Below are positions 22,392-34,373 of a DNA stretch of 64,000 nucleotides, one piece after another. This stretch comes from Eledone cirrhosa (Eukaryota): NCBI GenBank assembly GCA_964016885.1, contig OZ024743.1, positions 365,428,001 to 365,492,000 of the forward strand, given 5' to 3'. Every line of letters begins with the position of its first letter. Within the stretch, counting starts at the first letter, position 1. A program made the position numbers and the translations under genes. Under the pieces are notes generated by a model, which was not told the origin of the DNA, searched no databases, and worked only from the letters and a program-made list of their open reading frames with translations.

Positions 22392-22436
22392 GTTTTTTTG
22401 AGAAAAAAATTATTATTTTTTTCAAAATAAAGTTCA

Positions 22437-22464
22437 AATATTTGGGCCAAAAGGCCCAAATATT
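22437..22464 (-). promoter_or_regulatory. Perfect 12-bp-stem hairpin in the Tx1-B2 5' UTR
   Basis: Same inverted repeat as 16593-16620. Confidence 0.55.
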
Positions 22465-22627
22465 ATGAGTTATTCCTTCACAGGATACAAATTAATGTCT
22501 TATAATGCTTCAGCGGTACAAAAAATAAACAATTCTCTACAATTAATCCTCAAAAATTGCTTACTCACGGAGCTTCAAAAAACGTACATCCACTTTCGTC
22601 AATAATAATAATAATAATAATAATAAT

Positions 22628-22724
22628 TGTTTCTACTTTAGGCACAAGGCCAGCAATTAACCAGTGCATTACTGGTACTTTATTTTATCAACCCCGTAAG
22701 GATGAAAGGCAAAGTCAACCTCGC
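22628..22724 (-). mobile_element. 5'-truncated copy of a tRNA-derived SINE
   Basis: Matches the 3' half of the adjacent SINE at 22747-22931; flanked by TAA runs. Confidence 0.85.
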
Positions 22725-22746
22725 TAATAATAATAATAATAATAAT

Positions 22747-22931
22747 TGTTTCTACTTTAGGCACAAGGCCAGAAATTACCCAGTACATGACTGGTACTTT
22801 ATTTTATCGACCCCGTAAGGATGAAAGGCAAAGTTAACCTCGGCGGGATTTGAACTCAGACTGTAAAGGGACGTAACTATGCTAGAAAGCATGGCGTCCG
22901 ACCCTCTACCGATACTGCCAATTCACCGCCC
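22747..22931 (-). mobile_element. Full-length tRNA-derived SINE (central block resembles the Meta-SINE domain) with an (ATT)n tail
   Basis: A box TGGCAGTATCGG (22909-22920), B box GAGTTCAAATCC (22846-22857), central GCCTTTCATCCTTACGGGGTCGATAAAATAAAGTACC; other copies at 33791 and 54440. Confidence 0.85.
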
Positions 22932-22949
22932 TATAATAATAATAATAAT

Positions 22950-25900
22950 GGTTTCTTTATTGGCCACAAGAGCTAACACGAAGAACACATTAGAGGCGGC
23001 ACAGAACAGTACAGGACGATACAAAGTGGGTTTTGGTCGTGTAAACAGGCTATAACAAAATTGGGCCAGAAATTAAAAAAAAATCAAACAAAAATTCCCC
23101 CAAAAGTGGGAAACCTCCGAGGGTCACTCGTGGCGAAAACCACAGAAAAAAGCTACGGCCACCCTGACCACCAGGGAAAGCGCCCTCTCTCAGTTTTCCC
23201 ATTCCTCAGTCTACAGGCGCATACTCAGAGCGGGCCCGTTCACTCGGACCAGACTCACCACTTTCACCCACCTTTCAACAAACTTACTAGAAGACAGCAC
23301 TTGCCTCTCCACCCTGATTTTATTCTTCAAATGAAACTTGAAAAAGTTAATCAAGGATTGGCCGAGAGGAAAGTGTCCGTCTTCAACCCTTTCAACCTTG
23401 TCCACCACACAATCTCTTTCGCCATGGCCACCAGGCAGATGAAAACTGCCTGCTCATCCTTCTCTTTAAAGGAAGATGGCGGGGCTATCTGCACAATGGA
23501 CTCAGTCGATAACCGGATCCGTCCTACACGCGACAGCAGCTGTTCGACAGAGCTCCACAAGTCAGCAATCCTCGGGCACTGAACGAGTGCGCGCAGGACG
23601 GTTTCGTCGCCCTGCGTGTATCTCGGACAGGCTCGGCTGACAGCATCTCCGTGCCTGTAGAGCTTATCTCGAACCACAACGCTCCCCGGTAGCACTGCCA
23701 GGCTAGGGATTTCTGGAAGTTGTCCATAGGCCCCGATCTGAAAGTTTTCTTGAAGAGAGCGAACAGCTGATCGTCTTCGACGCCCAGGGTCTCCCTGAGA
23801 ACGTCTTCGCTCTTTCCCTCCACTAGACCTCTATAGAACGTTGAGGTGGATGTTCCACCGATACTAGTGCCCAGCTGGTAGAGGGCGGTGAGCGCTTGGA
23901 GACATTCCAGCTTCCAAGCGCTATCCCTCGGTCTTTTCTTGATCCAGGACTGCAGCTCTGTCAAGGAGACGAGCTGGGGAAAAGCGCGTCTGGCAAACGG
24001 CGACAGCACCTGTTCACCGTCAAGGAAGCACCAGAGATGTCGCAGCCTCAGCGCATGTTTGCGCATCATCAGCCACGGCATGATCGTCTGATCATGGGAG
24101 CACGTCCCTTCCACAAAAAGCGGAAGAGAAGGCACTCCATTTTGGTCAGAGTTGTGCGGGGGCAAGGTACGACGGTCAGGCGGTAGTAGATGACGGACGT
24201 GGTATACGCATTCGCCACCTCCACCCGACCTTTCAGAGACAGCCTCCTCTCGGCCCATTTCTGGGTGAGAGAGAGGCCACCCTGCTCGTCACCTCGCTCC
24301 AGCTTTTCTCCATCTGAAGCCAGACCGAACCAGACCCCGAGCAATTTAACCGGCCCTTCCTTCCAGCGCCCCACGACGCTGTCGGACGGCATGGACTTGC
24401 CTCTCCAGGTACCGAGTTGCAAGCTCAACAACTTTTCCTGATGTATTTTTGCTCCTGTCACCGTTTTGTATTCCTTGAGAACGGTGCGAGCATCTGGACG
24501 TGGTTGGTGCTCGACACCACCATGGTGACGTCGTCGGCGTATGGTGACACTGATCTCCCGCATCCCAGTTCGCGTGGGGCCTCCCTCATCGTCTCCAATT
24601 TATGCAGTAACGACTTGAGGGCCAGTACGTACAAGAGGTTACGAGAGGGGGCAACCCTGGCGAACCGAGCGCATGATGCTGAAAGGCTGCGACAGGTGAC
24701 CATTCACCCTCACAATCGAGCAGATGTCACTGTGCATCGCAGCGATCCAGCCCCTAAAAGCGGACCCAAAGCCAGCCGCCTCGTGGACCACAGCCAGGTA
24801 CCGATGGTCGACCCTATCAAATGCTTTATATTGATCCAAGTTGATCAGAGCCCCACCCGTGTCAGGTTCCTTAACTACCCTCTCTATGATGTATCACATG
24901 AGATGTAGGTTGTCGTGGGTGGATCTGTCCGGAATGGCGCATGTCGGCGCCTCTCCCACCAGATCACCGACGACAAGCGCCAATCTCTTTGCTAACACCT
25001 TGGCCAAAACCTTAAACTCTGCGTTTAGCAGAGTTATGGGCCTGAAGTTGTCTATAACGTCCCCCTTGTCGGGTCTTTTCTCAGCAGCGCCACCGCTCCC
25101 CGGCTCACAAAACTAGGAATGCTCCCGTTTTTCTGCCAGTTGCAGTAGACATCTGCCAAGATGAGCAAAGTGCTGTTGAAAAGCCGCACACATATGCTCG
25201 GGTTCGAGCAACATGCGCCCGTTTTGATCAGGTAAAGACCGAATTGTAGACTTGTTGCCACATCGCACCTCCACCACCCGGGCCCATTGAACGGTTTTCG
25301 TCCCCTCTTGTCTTAGAGCACGCGCTCTAGCTATGACAACGCAGCTTTCATGCTTTGCGTTGAAGAATTGGTCGAGTGCCAATCTCGCCGCAAGCACTGT
25401 TGCTAAGCCTGTTCTAAATGCCTCTTCTAGTTTTCTAATTAGCTCTCCCTCTACTCTATTTTCCTCTATCACTACTCCTTTGCTAAACCTTATCGATTCT
25501 AGCCCTTTTCAGGGTAAACCACCACCTGTTGTTGACGATCGCACCCGTCAACGAACGCTTAACTAATTCTCTAATCCATTCTCTGTAAGCTTTGCGCGCC
25601 GGGAACGACGCGTTCAGCTTCCAGTACCCGGGCCCTTACCTATGGAGTCTATCTAAGTCAACTTCACATATCACAAATTTGTGGTCATTGTAGTTGACTA
25701 CTTTAAATTGTGGACAACCTACACTAGCCTTATCTGTTTCTCTACAGAATACCATATCTAAATACGATCTGGATGACCCGATGCGGTTTGCACATGTCCA
25801 CATTGGCACATTCGGATAATCCAGTCTATACCTGTCAGACAGTTCAAAACGTCTGAGCATGTTGTTGAGGCTTTTACACCCTCCTGCCCTGTCTACTAGT

Positions 25901-28626
25901 CCCACATAATCCCAGCGTGCATCTAAGATACCGTTGCAGTCACCCACTAACACTAAGGAGTGGGACGTTCCAAGAAAGTTCTCTTGATGTCTGAGGAAAT
26001 CTGGCCGTCCTGCCCCTGTTGGGGCGTAGACGGCGCTTAGCCTGAAAGCATTGCCTTCGCTGCCGGTCACGTCCAGCACCACCGACTTACCTTCTGGGTC
26101 CAGGAAGATGGCCCGTATGGCGAGATCCAAGCCTCTCCGAAAAAGCACAACTCCTCACCCCGATCCTGGACGGCTGGGAGATGCGTATACATAGTAGCCG
26201 CCGAAGATCAGTGCGAAGGCTCGTGCTTCGGACATTCTGGTCTAATTGATGGCCACCACATCTATGTTTAGTGACCTGAGGTCGTTGAGCAGGTGACCCT
26301 GCTACCATGATGACCCCAGGCCACGTACATTTATACTTCCTATTCTAAGTACGGCCATGTTGGATGAGAAACGGGGTAAGTGAGAAAGGATCGTGTGGGG
26401 AAGGGACAGTAGAACCGTCCCTTTGGCTGGTCATGGGTGTTTCCAAGATAATGTCGGTGTATATCCTCTTGGTAACCGACTCTCTGAAGTCTCCAAATGC
26501 GTTGGGGAATTTTTCTTTTAAAAGTTTATAATGTTCTATTTTGATTTCAATTATGTTTATATTTTTCCGGAGAGCTCTTGGTGTTGATGGGGTGTAGTAA
26601 TTTTTTTCTGTGATGTCTGTGTTCTGCTTTATATGTTGTAAGAGTTCTTTATTTGCCATGTTTATGGCTGTGTACTTTTTGGAGAGAGGGGTGGTTTTGT
26701 TGCTGTTTTCTTGTTGTTGCTGTTGGGTGTGTGTGCTTTGTTGTGTTTGCGATGTTTGTGTTTTTGGTGATTTTGATGCTGGTGGTGGTGTGGTGCTGTT
26801 GGTGGTGATGCTTGTGGGGGTGATGGTGATGGTGGTGGTGTTGCTGCAAGTTTCCTTGCAGCCTTTACCCCTCTTTGTTTGCCTTCGCTTTTGGAGGGTG
26901 AAGGTAAGGTGTTTTTTCTTTCTTTTTTTTGTGGCAGACCGTTTGCCACTTCCCTCCCGCCTCAAACTCCATGTCGGATTCCGTGGCGCCTGGGAGGGGT
27001 ATGAGCTCCACTGCTGTTGGTGGTGGTAGTTGAGCCCGCTCCGGCGATTTTGCTGCCGGTGTAGCTACTGCGACTGTTGGTGTTGCCGCCACTGCTGCCG
27101 CTGTTTTAGTTGTCCATGGCGTTGGTATGCGTGCCACGGACGTTGCCCTTCTACTCACTATGGAAGGTTCTTCTGCCTCTGTTGCCTGCCCTGCTCTTGA
27201 TAGCAGTGGATCAGGCATCGGTAGGAGGGGGGCCCTCTTCTTGTCTGTCTTCTGCGGGCAGAAGGCCCCGAGGTGACCCTTCTGCTCACAGAGATAGCAC
27301 TTTGGGCGCCTTCCTTCCACGTTTATAGGGAGTTGGATTCCTTCCTCGAGGTCTATGATGCCTCGGATGGCCTCGATGCACTCCTGGTCAGTTTGTATTA
27401 GCATTTGCATGCCTATTGCTGACCAGTTCTCTCTTCCCATTCTCTGCATTTGCAGTATGGTGGTCTTATCCTCGATTCCAGCAAGTACAGACGCGGCTAG
27501 CCAAGGTTTGGGCATATCGGGCGGGACCTGGGTCACTTTGACCCTCACAATTTTCTGCCCGCAGTAGGAGGGCACCAAGACTATCTCCTCACTCTTTAGT
27601 GTTTCCAAAGAGTGAGACTTCGCCTCTTGGGGGTGGCGAAAAGTACGTCTACTGTGGCGTACTTTTTGCCTCGGGTGATGTGGGTTTGCGCACTCAGACG
27701 CACCCCAAGGCGTTTTGGATTTGAGTCTCCGTGGCTCTCTCCACCCGATGTGACATTTTGCTTACGGTGCGGTATGTCACCGTGCGCAGTTGCTGGTCTT
27801 TAAAGAAATTGGGTGGAGGTTTCAGGGAAACTCTATTGTCATTTCTTGTCACCATGGCTCTTGGGACTACCATCTCCTCCTTCGTGACTAACACTGTTTC
27901 TCTATTTCGGGCCACACCTGCGAAAGAAGTGGCCCCTTTTTCAGCGGCACCATTATTGCTGCCGCTACTGCTGCTACTGGTCTTGTTGTTGGTGCTGTTG
28001 CTGTTGCTACTGTTACAAACGGTGTTGTTGGTGTTGTTGCTGTTATCAATGTTGTAGTTGGTTGTTTTCGGTGCCACCGTTGTTGTTGTTCTCAGTGCAA
28101 TTTGTATTTATGCTGTTGCTGTTGTCGTTGTTTATTTTCTTGTTAGTGGTGTTAATATCGTTGTTGCATTTGTTCTCATTTTTTTCTGTTGTCTATTTTG
28201 TCGCTGTTATTGTTGAAGTTGGTGAGGTAATTTTTAAAAATTAGTGTTCTCAGTGTTGTTGTCTTTGTTCACGTTGTTTGTGGTGGTATTTGTCGTATGG
28301 ATTTCTGTAACCCTCCTCTCAACTTTTACGCCGTTGTCACACGACAGCAGACATATTGCTGGTCGGGGTGGGGGTTTCAGCCATGTTTTTATTTTTTATT
28401 TTTTAAAAGTAAAATGTTCAAATATTTGGGACAAAAGGCCCAAATATTTGCAATATAAAATCGAACAATCAACATTCATTATTCAATATATAATATATAG
28501 AAACTGTAAAAATGTTATAACCTTATGCAGGAGGCAAAAGCAATTCATGGATGGGAGCAAATAATATATAGATTACGGAAGTCACTGAATTTATTTTAGT
28601 AACCACCGGCCATAGCTCACATGCTC
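22950..28626 (-). mobile_element. L1/Tx1-like LINE, family C, heavily degenerate (5' end approximate)
   Basis: Many short ORF fragments homologous to ORF2 (23211-26358) and ORF1 (about 26345-28384; CYLCEQKGHLGAFC, SFAGVA); 3' end CTTGTGGCCAATAAAGAAACC then (ATT)n; decayed AAT-like run after 28626. Confidence 0.88.
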
Positions 28627-29369
28627 AATGAAACAACAATGTGCTGTTGATAGGCTGCTCGTTGCATTACACGGCAAAAATAATTAGTTAGTGAGGTTTA
28701 TGGCAGTTATCAGGTATTGGTTACACTGGACGGAATTCCGTTTCATTGCATTCATCCGCCTATACATATGTGCGCCAGGGGGGAGGTATATTTTTGTGTT
28801 TGAAATGGAGAAATAGTTTTCACTTTTCATTGCAAGAATAAACTATTGTTTCATACAAATACATACGAAAGTGTATTTGGATTTCAAACAAACACGCAAT
28901 AATTATTACTGCAAAACAATGTCTGCAGACGAAAGTAAGAACTCGAAGACATTGACACAATGACGATAACGATGTCTACAACGATGACAAATCTATGATT
29001 AAAATGTGGGTACCATCAACCCTCCCTCACCTCGACAAAACAGCAACACTATAAACGACATCACCAACGAAATTGAGGGTAAATGTTACTTGTATATTTA
29101 AAACTAATAGTTATAGACATTTACATAAATGTCATCATATGACTACACACCATTTGAGAGATTTGCATGTGATAACAATTAGATTATTCCAATATGAATC
29201 ATTTAAGTTGCATGCAATTCTTAATAATAGCTATCCTTCCTATCCAAAGTGAATCTCAGTCTAAATTTCTACAAAGTATCCACAAGGTGTAAACACGGAT
29301 CACCGGGTAGTTTCTCATATTACAATATTTAGCCAAATATAATTCTGTGTAAATAATATACTGTTCCCT

Positions 29370-29728
29370 GGAACGATGCGATGGATTTCCGTCTGTTCCG
29401 ACAATGATTATTCGAGATGTTCAATCAATGTAACAGTCTGTTCATAAAATTAACGTATGAGTGGCTGATCTTTCCACAGACTCGTGCATCTTCAACCTAG
29501 TTCTCAAGGAAATTTCAGTGACACAGTATTTGACAATGCTAGTCCTTTGAATTACAGATTAAATTACAGATAATCTATTCGAGGGGCTTCCAAACAGTTT
29601 CATTCAATAGGTGTGGTTCGCCTGAGACAATGGTAAATAACACTTGTCCAAGAAGCCATGCAATGGTGTCGAACTCGTGACCTAATCATTGCGAAGGGAA
29701 CTTCTTAATCATTCGGTCATACTGCATC
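29370..29728 (-). mobile_element. Old tRNA-derived SINE (second family), degenerate
   Basis: Reverse complement has TGACCGAATG...GAGTTCGACACC boxes then TTGGACAAGTG; 3' part is similar to 33640-33720 and 51470-51515. Confidence 0.55.
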
Positions 29729-30767
29729 TAATGTTCACTGTTATTGTCAAATACATTCGCGTAAACCGAACAAAATTGTATGCAGCGTTGTTTTATATGA
29801 TATGACCTCTATGGTCGTTGCACCGGACACATTACTATACAGTAATCCAAAGTCGAAATGATATTAGAATGGAAGAAGTCTTCAGTATCATCTCCATGTT
29901 CTCATTTTATATTCCTTAATAAGAAACACAAATACAGAAATATAAAATTTAGATTACATTTAGTAAGCTCAAAGATATACTTTATGTAGTTGAAATTTTG
30001 ATTGAGATTTGAACCAAGAAAGCTGGAATTAAATATCAATTGGATTTAGTTAGTCTTTACTCTCTCGTCTACTTTCCGCGTCTAAACCTAATTATAGAGA
30101 ATATCACCAGAGCCACATTTGATAATGTGATCCTGACGAATAAATTTATCTTTCATTAGAAGCCATCATGTTAATTTTTGTTTATCAAGGAACCTTGAAT
30201 AATGGTTGGCATTGTCGGAGTTAAAGTATATCCAAGAGCGATTTTTCTCGTGTGCTTAAGAATCAACATCATATTACTTATGAGTGTTTTATGTCTAAAC
30301 AATACGTTCTTTGTCTGATTCCATCTTTAGAAAGTAAAGAAGTTGTCCCCAATGAAGAAGCAGGTGGATGAAAAAATTACAAAAATAAATAAATAAATAA
30401 ATAAAAATAATAATATTGGGTGCGGATTAATAAGATGATTATGATTAAAAACAATTATCAGAAATGGAACAACATGACATGAATATGGCAAAAACAAAAT
30501 GATTCATTTGTAAAGTGTTATCTGATTCGACTCTATTCAACAAGCATGGTTAAATAAATAAATATTTTTGTGTTTATTTGATTTCACAATTGGTGAACAA
30601 ACGCTTCGTCGTTTATAGGTTCACAATTAACAAATCATCGGGTCATTGCATTTCTGAGAACCATAATGAAGTGTTTGTAGCGCATTGTAGAACAAACAAT
30701 ATCGGGTGGTTTGCGTAAAGATCACTAATTTTCAGTTATCTCGTTAATCCACTGAATATATATATAT

Positions 30768-31630
30768 AACAAGGGAAGTGTGGTAAGGAACCAGATGGAA
30801 CATAACGCACCAGAGTACTCGATACTTTGGGTAGATGAGTGGGTAATAGGAAAAGAGTCAGAACCCCAACGGCAGAGCTCAAGCCGTTTCGGCAGCTATT
30901 TCTGGACGCCAGAACCCGCTGACATCATCAGGTGTTACGAAATTTAACTAATAAAGGAACATAATAATGGTAGACACAATCCAAGAAACTGAAAAGTAGA
31001 GAGAAGACGGCCAGAGCCAGCAGTTGCCAGCCTAGGTGACCGCCTTCAAGTGAGGAATCTACTTAATTTCGTCTTGTCGGTCTGGTCAGGAGGCCGCATG
31101 CTTATAGAGCACACCACTACTACCGTGCTAGTGGTGAATGAGATCAGGATACATAGAAGAAAAACGTTTTTCGTTGGCGTTAGCCAAAAAATACTAAAAA
31201 ATACTAAAAGATATAGTGGACGGATGTACAGTCAGGACCAGGACCTAAAAGGTTTTAATGTAGAGTTAGAAATTACAATTAAAGATAAGAAATGTAAAAT
31301 TTAGGTTTATAATTGAAAGATATAGTTTAAAATACGATTAAAGATTAAAAATTAAAGATGTAAAATTTAGGTTTAAAATTGAGAGATTTAGTTAACGAAT
31401 TTGTAGAAGGAAGCATTCATGTAAAAGTTAAATATAGCTTTGATAGTCATAATAAAGTTTTAGGGTAGAATTTAAAGTTAAGATCAAAGATTAAAAATGT
31501 AAAATTTAAGCTTAAAATTTATGAGTACTGTGTGGCAACCAGATTCCCGGTCCACTCAGGGCCCAAAGGCGTACTAACCGTTCCGAGTATCCGTCGCGTC
31601 ACTGGTTATTGGCTGTCAACAGTACTCTTC
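30768..31630 (-). mobile_element. Non-coding Penelope-pLTR-like element (family Z) between TA runs, with a hammerhead-like motif at about 30860-30935
   Basis: Minus strand CTGATGA...GAAACGGC-loop-GCCGTT; terminal ~90 bp shared with 32043, 44750 and 62189. Confidence 0.6.
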
Positions 31631-32042
31631 AATATATATATATATATGTATAAATAAAGTTAGTCCTTCATCAGTGATCTTCCAACCTTCATCGGTATTT
31701 CATCGCTTTAAAGACCATATACCTCCGGTTGGTGCGAGCAACGGCTAAAGAAAGTCGTTGGGACACGTAAATAAGGGGAACGAGCGAGACTGTAAACAAT
31801 CAAAGATGGTAATGCAACGAAAAGTGAGGAAGAAGGAGTCAAGTCCCAGAAATCGATGAATATAAGTTCTGTGAAATCGTGGACGAGAGAGAATAAAGAC
31901 CATCAAACCTAGTCGAAATGTGAGCAAGGAAAGAATTTCGCACAGGTCAAACGGGAGGAAGAAGGAGTCTAGTCCCTGAATTCGGTGAACATAAGTTCTG
32001 TGAAATCGTAGACGAGAGAGAAAATATATATATATATATATA

Positions 32043-32242
32043 TAACGAAGGAGTTGTGGTAAGGAACCATATGGACCATAACGCACCAGAGTACTCAATA
32101 CTCAGGGTAGTAGAGTCGGTAATAGAAAAATGTATGACCCCGACGGCACAGCTCAAGCCGTTGCGACGGCTCTTTCTGGACTATCCAGAAATAGCCGTCG
32201 AAACGGCTTGAGCTTTGCCGTCGGAGTCATATTTTTTCCTAT
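32043..32242. mobile_element. Family Z short element ending in a fold-back palindrome
   Basis: Shared terminus aacgaaggagttgtggtaaggaacc...; imperfect ~59 bp arms centred at 32181-32183; TA runs on both sides. Confidence 0.7.
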
Positions 32243-32251
32243 ATATATACA

Positions 32252-32304
<53 letters not shown>

Positions 32305-32600
32305 AACATGTGTGTATGTGCTTGTCTGTGTGAACACCTGACTGTATTCAACTTTGTTAATACTACAATTCTAAGCAGAATATCTCATAAAACAAGGAGA
32401 GTAACTATAAAAGTTTTATAAATACAAAATAGAAACAAAAATTCACCATATAGATAGAGTATACGATGAGTTAATTATGAAAATCACCAGGGCATAACAG
32501 CTGAATAGTTTTCTGAATCAGACGTTGAATATTTTACCAGTAGCCAACGATCGTTTGCGATCACTGCAAAGTACGCGAATCACACACCATTACTATCATT

Positions 32601-32650
32601 TTCTTCTGAAGATGAGGCCGTGAAGGCCTCGAAATTTATGTATTCAGGAA
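32601..32650 (+). ncRNA. Hammerhead-like motif (degenerate)
   Basis: CTGAAGA-t-GAGGCC gtgaa GGCCTC-GAAA, with possible stem I ttctt/aggaa. Confidence 0.4.
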
Positions 32651-33466
32651 CGTTATGGCTCCAAACATAACATAGAGAGATGATAAGGAAATATGAAAAT
32701 AATCCATAATAAAAAAAAACAACCTTGAACAGTCATCTCTCTCTCAGTCTCACTCTCTCTCTCTCTCACACACACACTCTCTCTCTCACTCTCTCAGTCA
32801 CTCACTCACCCCACCCCCTCTCAGTACATAAATGTAACAGTTGCTGGCACCTATGGTCATTATTCATAGTTTCATAAACAGACAGACATATACATAGTTT
32901 TTCAGGTGAACTGTGTATATGTCTATATGTCTATGGTCCCCTGTGATAGAGCAACGGAAAGTATATCTTTTTCATATTTAATTACGCCGGTTTATGTTCT
33001 GAGTTCAAATCCTAATAAGGTCGACTTTATATTTATTTCTGCGGAAGTCAAAAACAGTTGTATAAGTCATGAGGAACATTTATATCCTTGTTCTTTGACT
33101 AGGTATCATTAATTATAAACTCAGAGACATAATGATAAATCGGTAAATAATATACTGTGGATAAGATTAATATATTACATAGAAATTCCTGAAATAATAA
33201 GGTAAGAAGCCATACATAAGTAAAGTAAGTTTTTTTCTTTCTCGGGGGCCATATTGAACGTTCATAGTAGGCTATGAAGTTTCTGTTATCTTTCAGAGCA
33301 ATGCATTAATTCTACTCCTCTATGGATTGAATGCTATTTCAGGAATTCAAGATTCAGTATGGCATTAACATCATGTTGTTTTTTTTACAAGGAATGAAAA
33401 CAAACTTCAATCTACTCATCTTATATTTTTTCGAGTAAGAGTATGTTCATCAGTAAATATCTGTAA

Positions 33467-33755
33467 GGGAAGACGCATGACTTAGTGGTTAAGGTATTCG
33501 GCTTACGATCGCAAGGTGGAAAGTTCGATTCCTGGCAGCGTGTTGTGTCATTGAGCAAGACACTTTTTTTCAAGATAGAAAAAATGAGCTGTATGTGTTT
33601 TACAGAGCCAGCCTTGTAACGCTGGATTTCGCGGAATTGTGGATACACATGTTTGTTGAATGCCTGGCCACGTACATGTTAATTTCACAAGCAGGATGTT
33701 CCATTGGTCAAACTGGAACATTCGTCACCGGAACCAACTAAGGCACGACACATCT
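33467..33755 (+). mobile_element. tRNA-derived SINE with a CORE-like block
   Basis: TGACTTAGTGG A box, AAGTTCGATTCC B box, TGTGTCATTGAGCAAGACACTT. Confidence 0.7.
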
Positions 33756-33790
33756 ATACAAACAGTATAATATGGAAAAGTTTAAATAAT

Positions 33791-33973
33791 TGTTTCTACT
33801 TTTGGCACAAGGCCAGCAATTATCCCAGTGCATTACTGGTACTTTATTTTATCGACCCCGTAAGGATGAAAGGCAAAGTTAACCTCGGCGGAATTTGAAC
33901 TCAGAATGGCAAGGGCCGTAACTCTATGCGTCAAAGCATGGCGTCCGACTCTCTACCGATACTGCCAATCCAC
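33791..33973 (-). mobile_element. tRNA-derived SINE, same family as 22747-22931
   Basis: High similarity along its length; aaataat on both sides (33784-33790, 33974-33980) is a possible TSD. Confidence 0.85.
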
Positions 33974-34219
33974 AAATAATCTCACTGAAATATATAGACA
34001 CGTATCTTTTCAACGTATTTCTCCGCAGATCGAAAACAAGCTGGCGATATGGCTCATGCTCGTGTCATGCCCTTAACTCCCGATTAAGTCGTAGGGTCTC
34101 TGTAGGGATTTACGGTGGGTCTCGGGCAGTTAAATCTAGTAGAGTTCATCTCCAGAACTGAATAAAGCCGATTTCTTCCAGAGAGAAAGCAAAAAAGGAA
34201 AATAGAGGAAGAATCGGTT

Positions 34220-34373
34220 CCCAGTACTAGCCTGGTCTTATATTTATCGATCTCAAAAAGAATGAAAGGCAAGGTTGACCTCTGCGGGATTTGAACTCAA
34301 AGCGATGAAAGTACGAACGAATTCTGCAAAACATTCTACCCAACGTTCTGAAGACTCCATCAATTCGCCGCCC
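34220..34373 (-). mobile_element. Older related SINE copy
   Basis: atgaaaggcaaggttgacctctgcgggatttgaactc block matches the SINE core and B box. Confidence 0.65.

Larger units (their letters stand above)
16779..22600 (-). mobile_element. L1/Tx1-like LINE, family B, copy 2; intact full-length element (5822 bp)
   Basis: 5' UTR, open ORF1, 29-nt spacer, open ORF2, 3' UTR with AATAAA; bounded by (AAT)7 and (AAT)9. Confidence 0.97.

Noticed and set aside
22747-22931. tRNA gene
   Set aside because: A and B boxes are present but there is no cloverleaf; it is followed by a SINE core and tail and is dispersed in several copies
1364-28564. Numerous + strand ORFs overlapping the Tx1 elements (poly-Leu/Val and others)
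   Set aside because: Antisense shadows of GC-rich or low-complexity coding sequence; they recur only because the elements are repeated
10928-28626. Telomeric retrotransposon array (HeT-A/TART- or SART-like)
   Set aside because: Head-to-tail polarity is similar, but there are no TTAGGG/TTAGG repeats, oppositely oriented R4 elements and ordinary spacer DNA are interleaved, and no chromosome end is visible
28630-30760. Possible host exons in unique-looking AT-rich DNA (also 41.3-42.4, 50-51.4, 55.5-57.9 kb)
   Set aside because: No ORF with recognisable protein features; small exons cannot be excluded without transcript data
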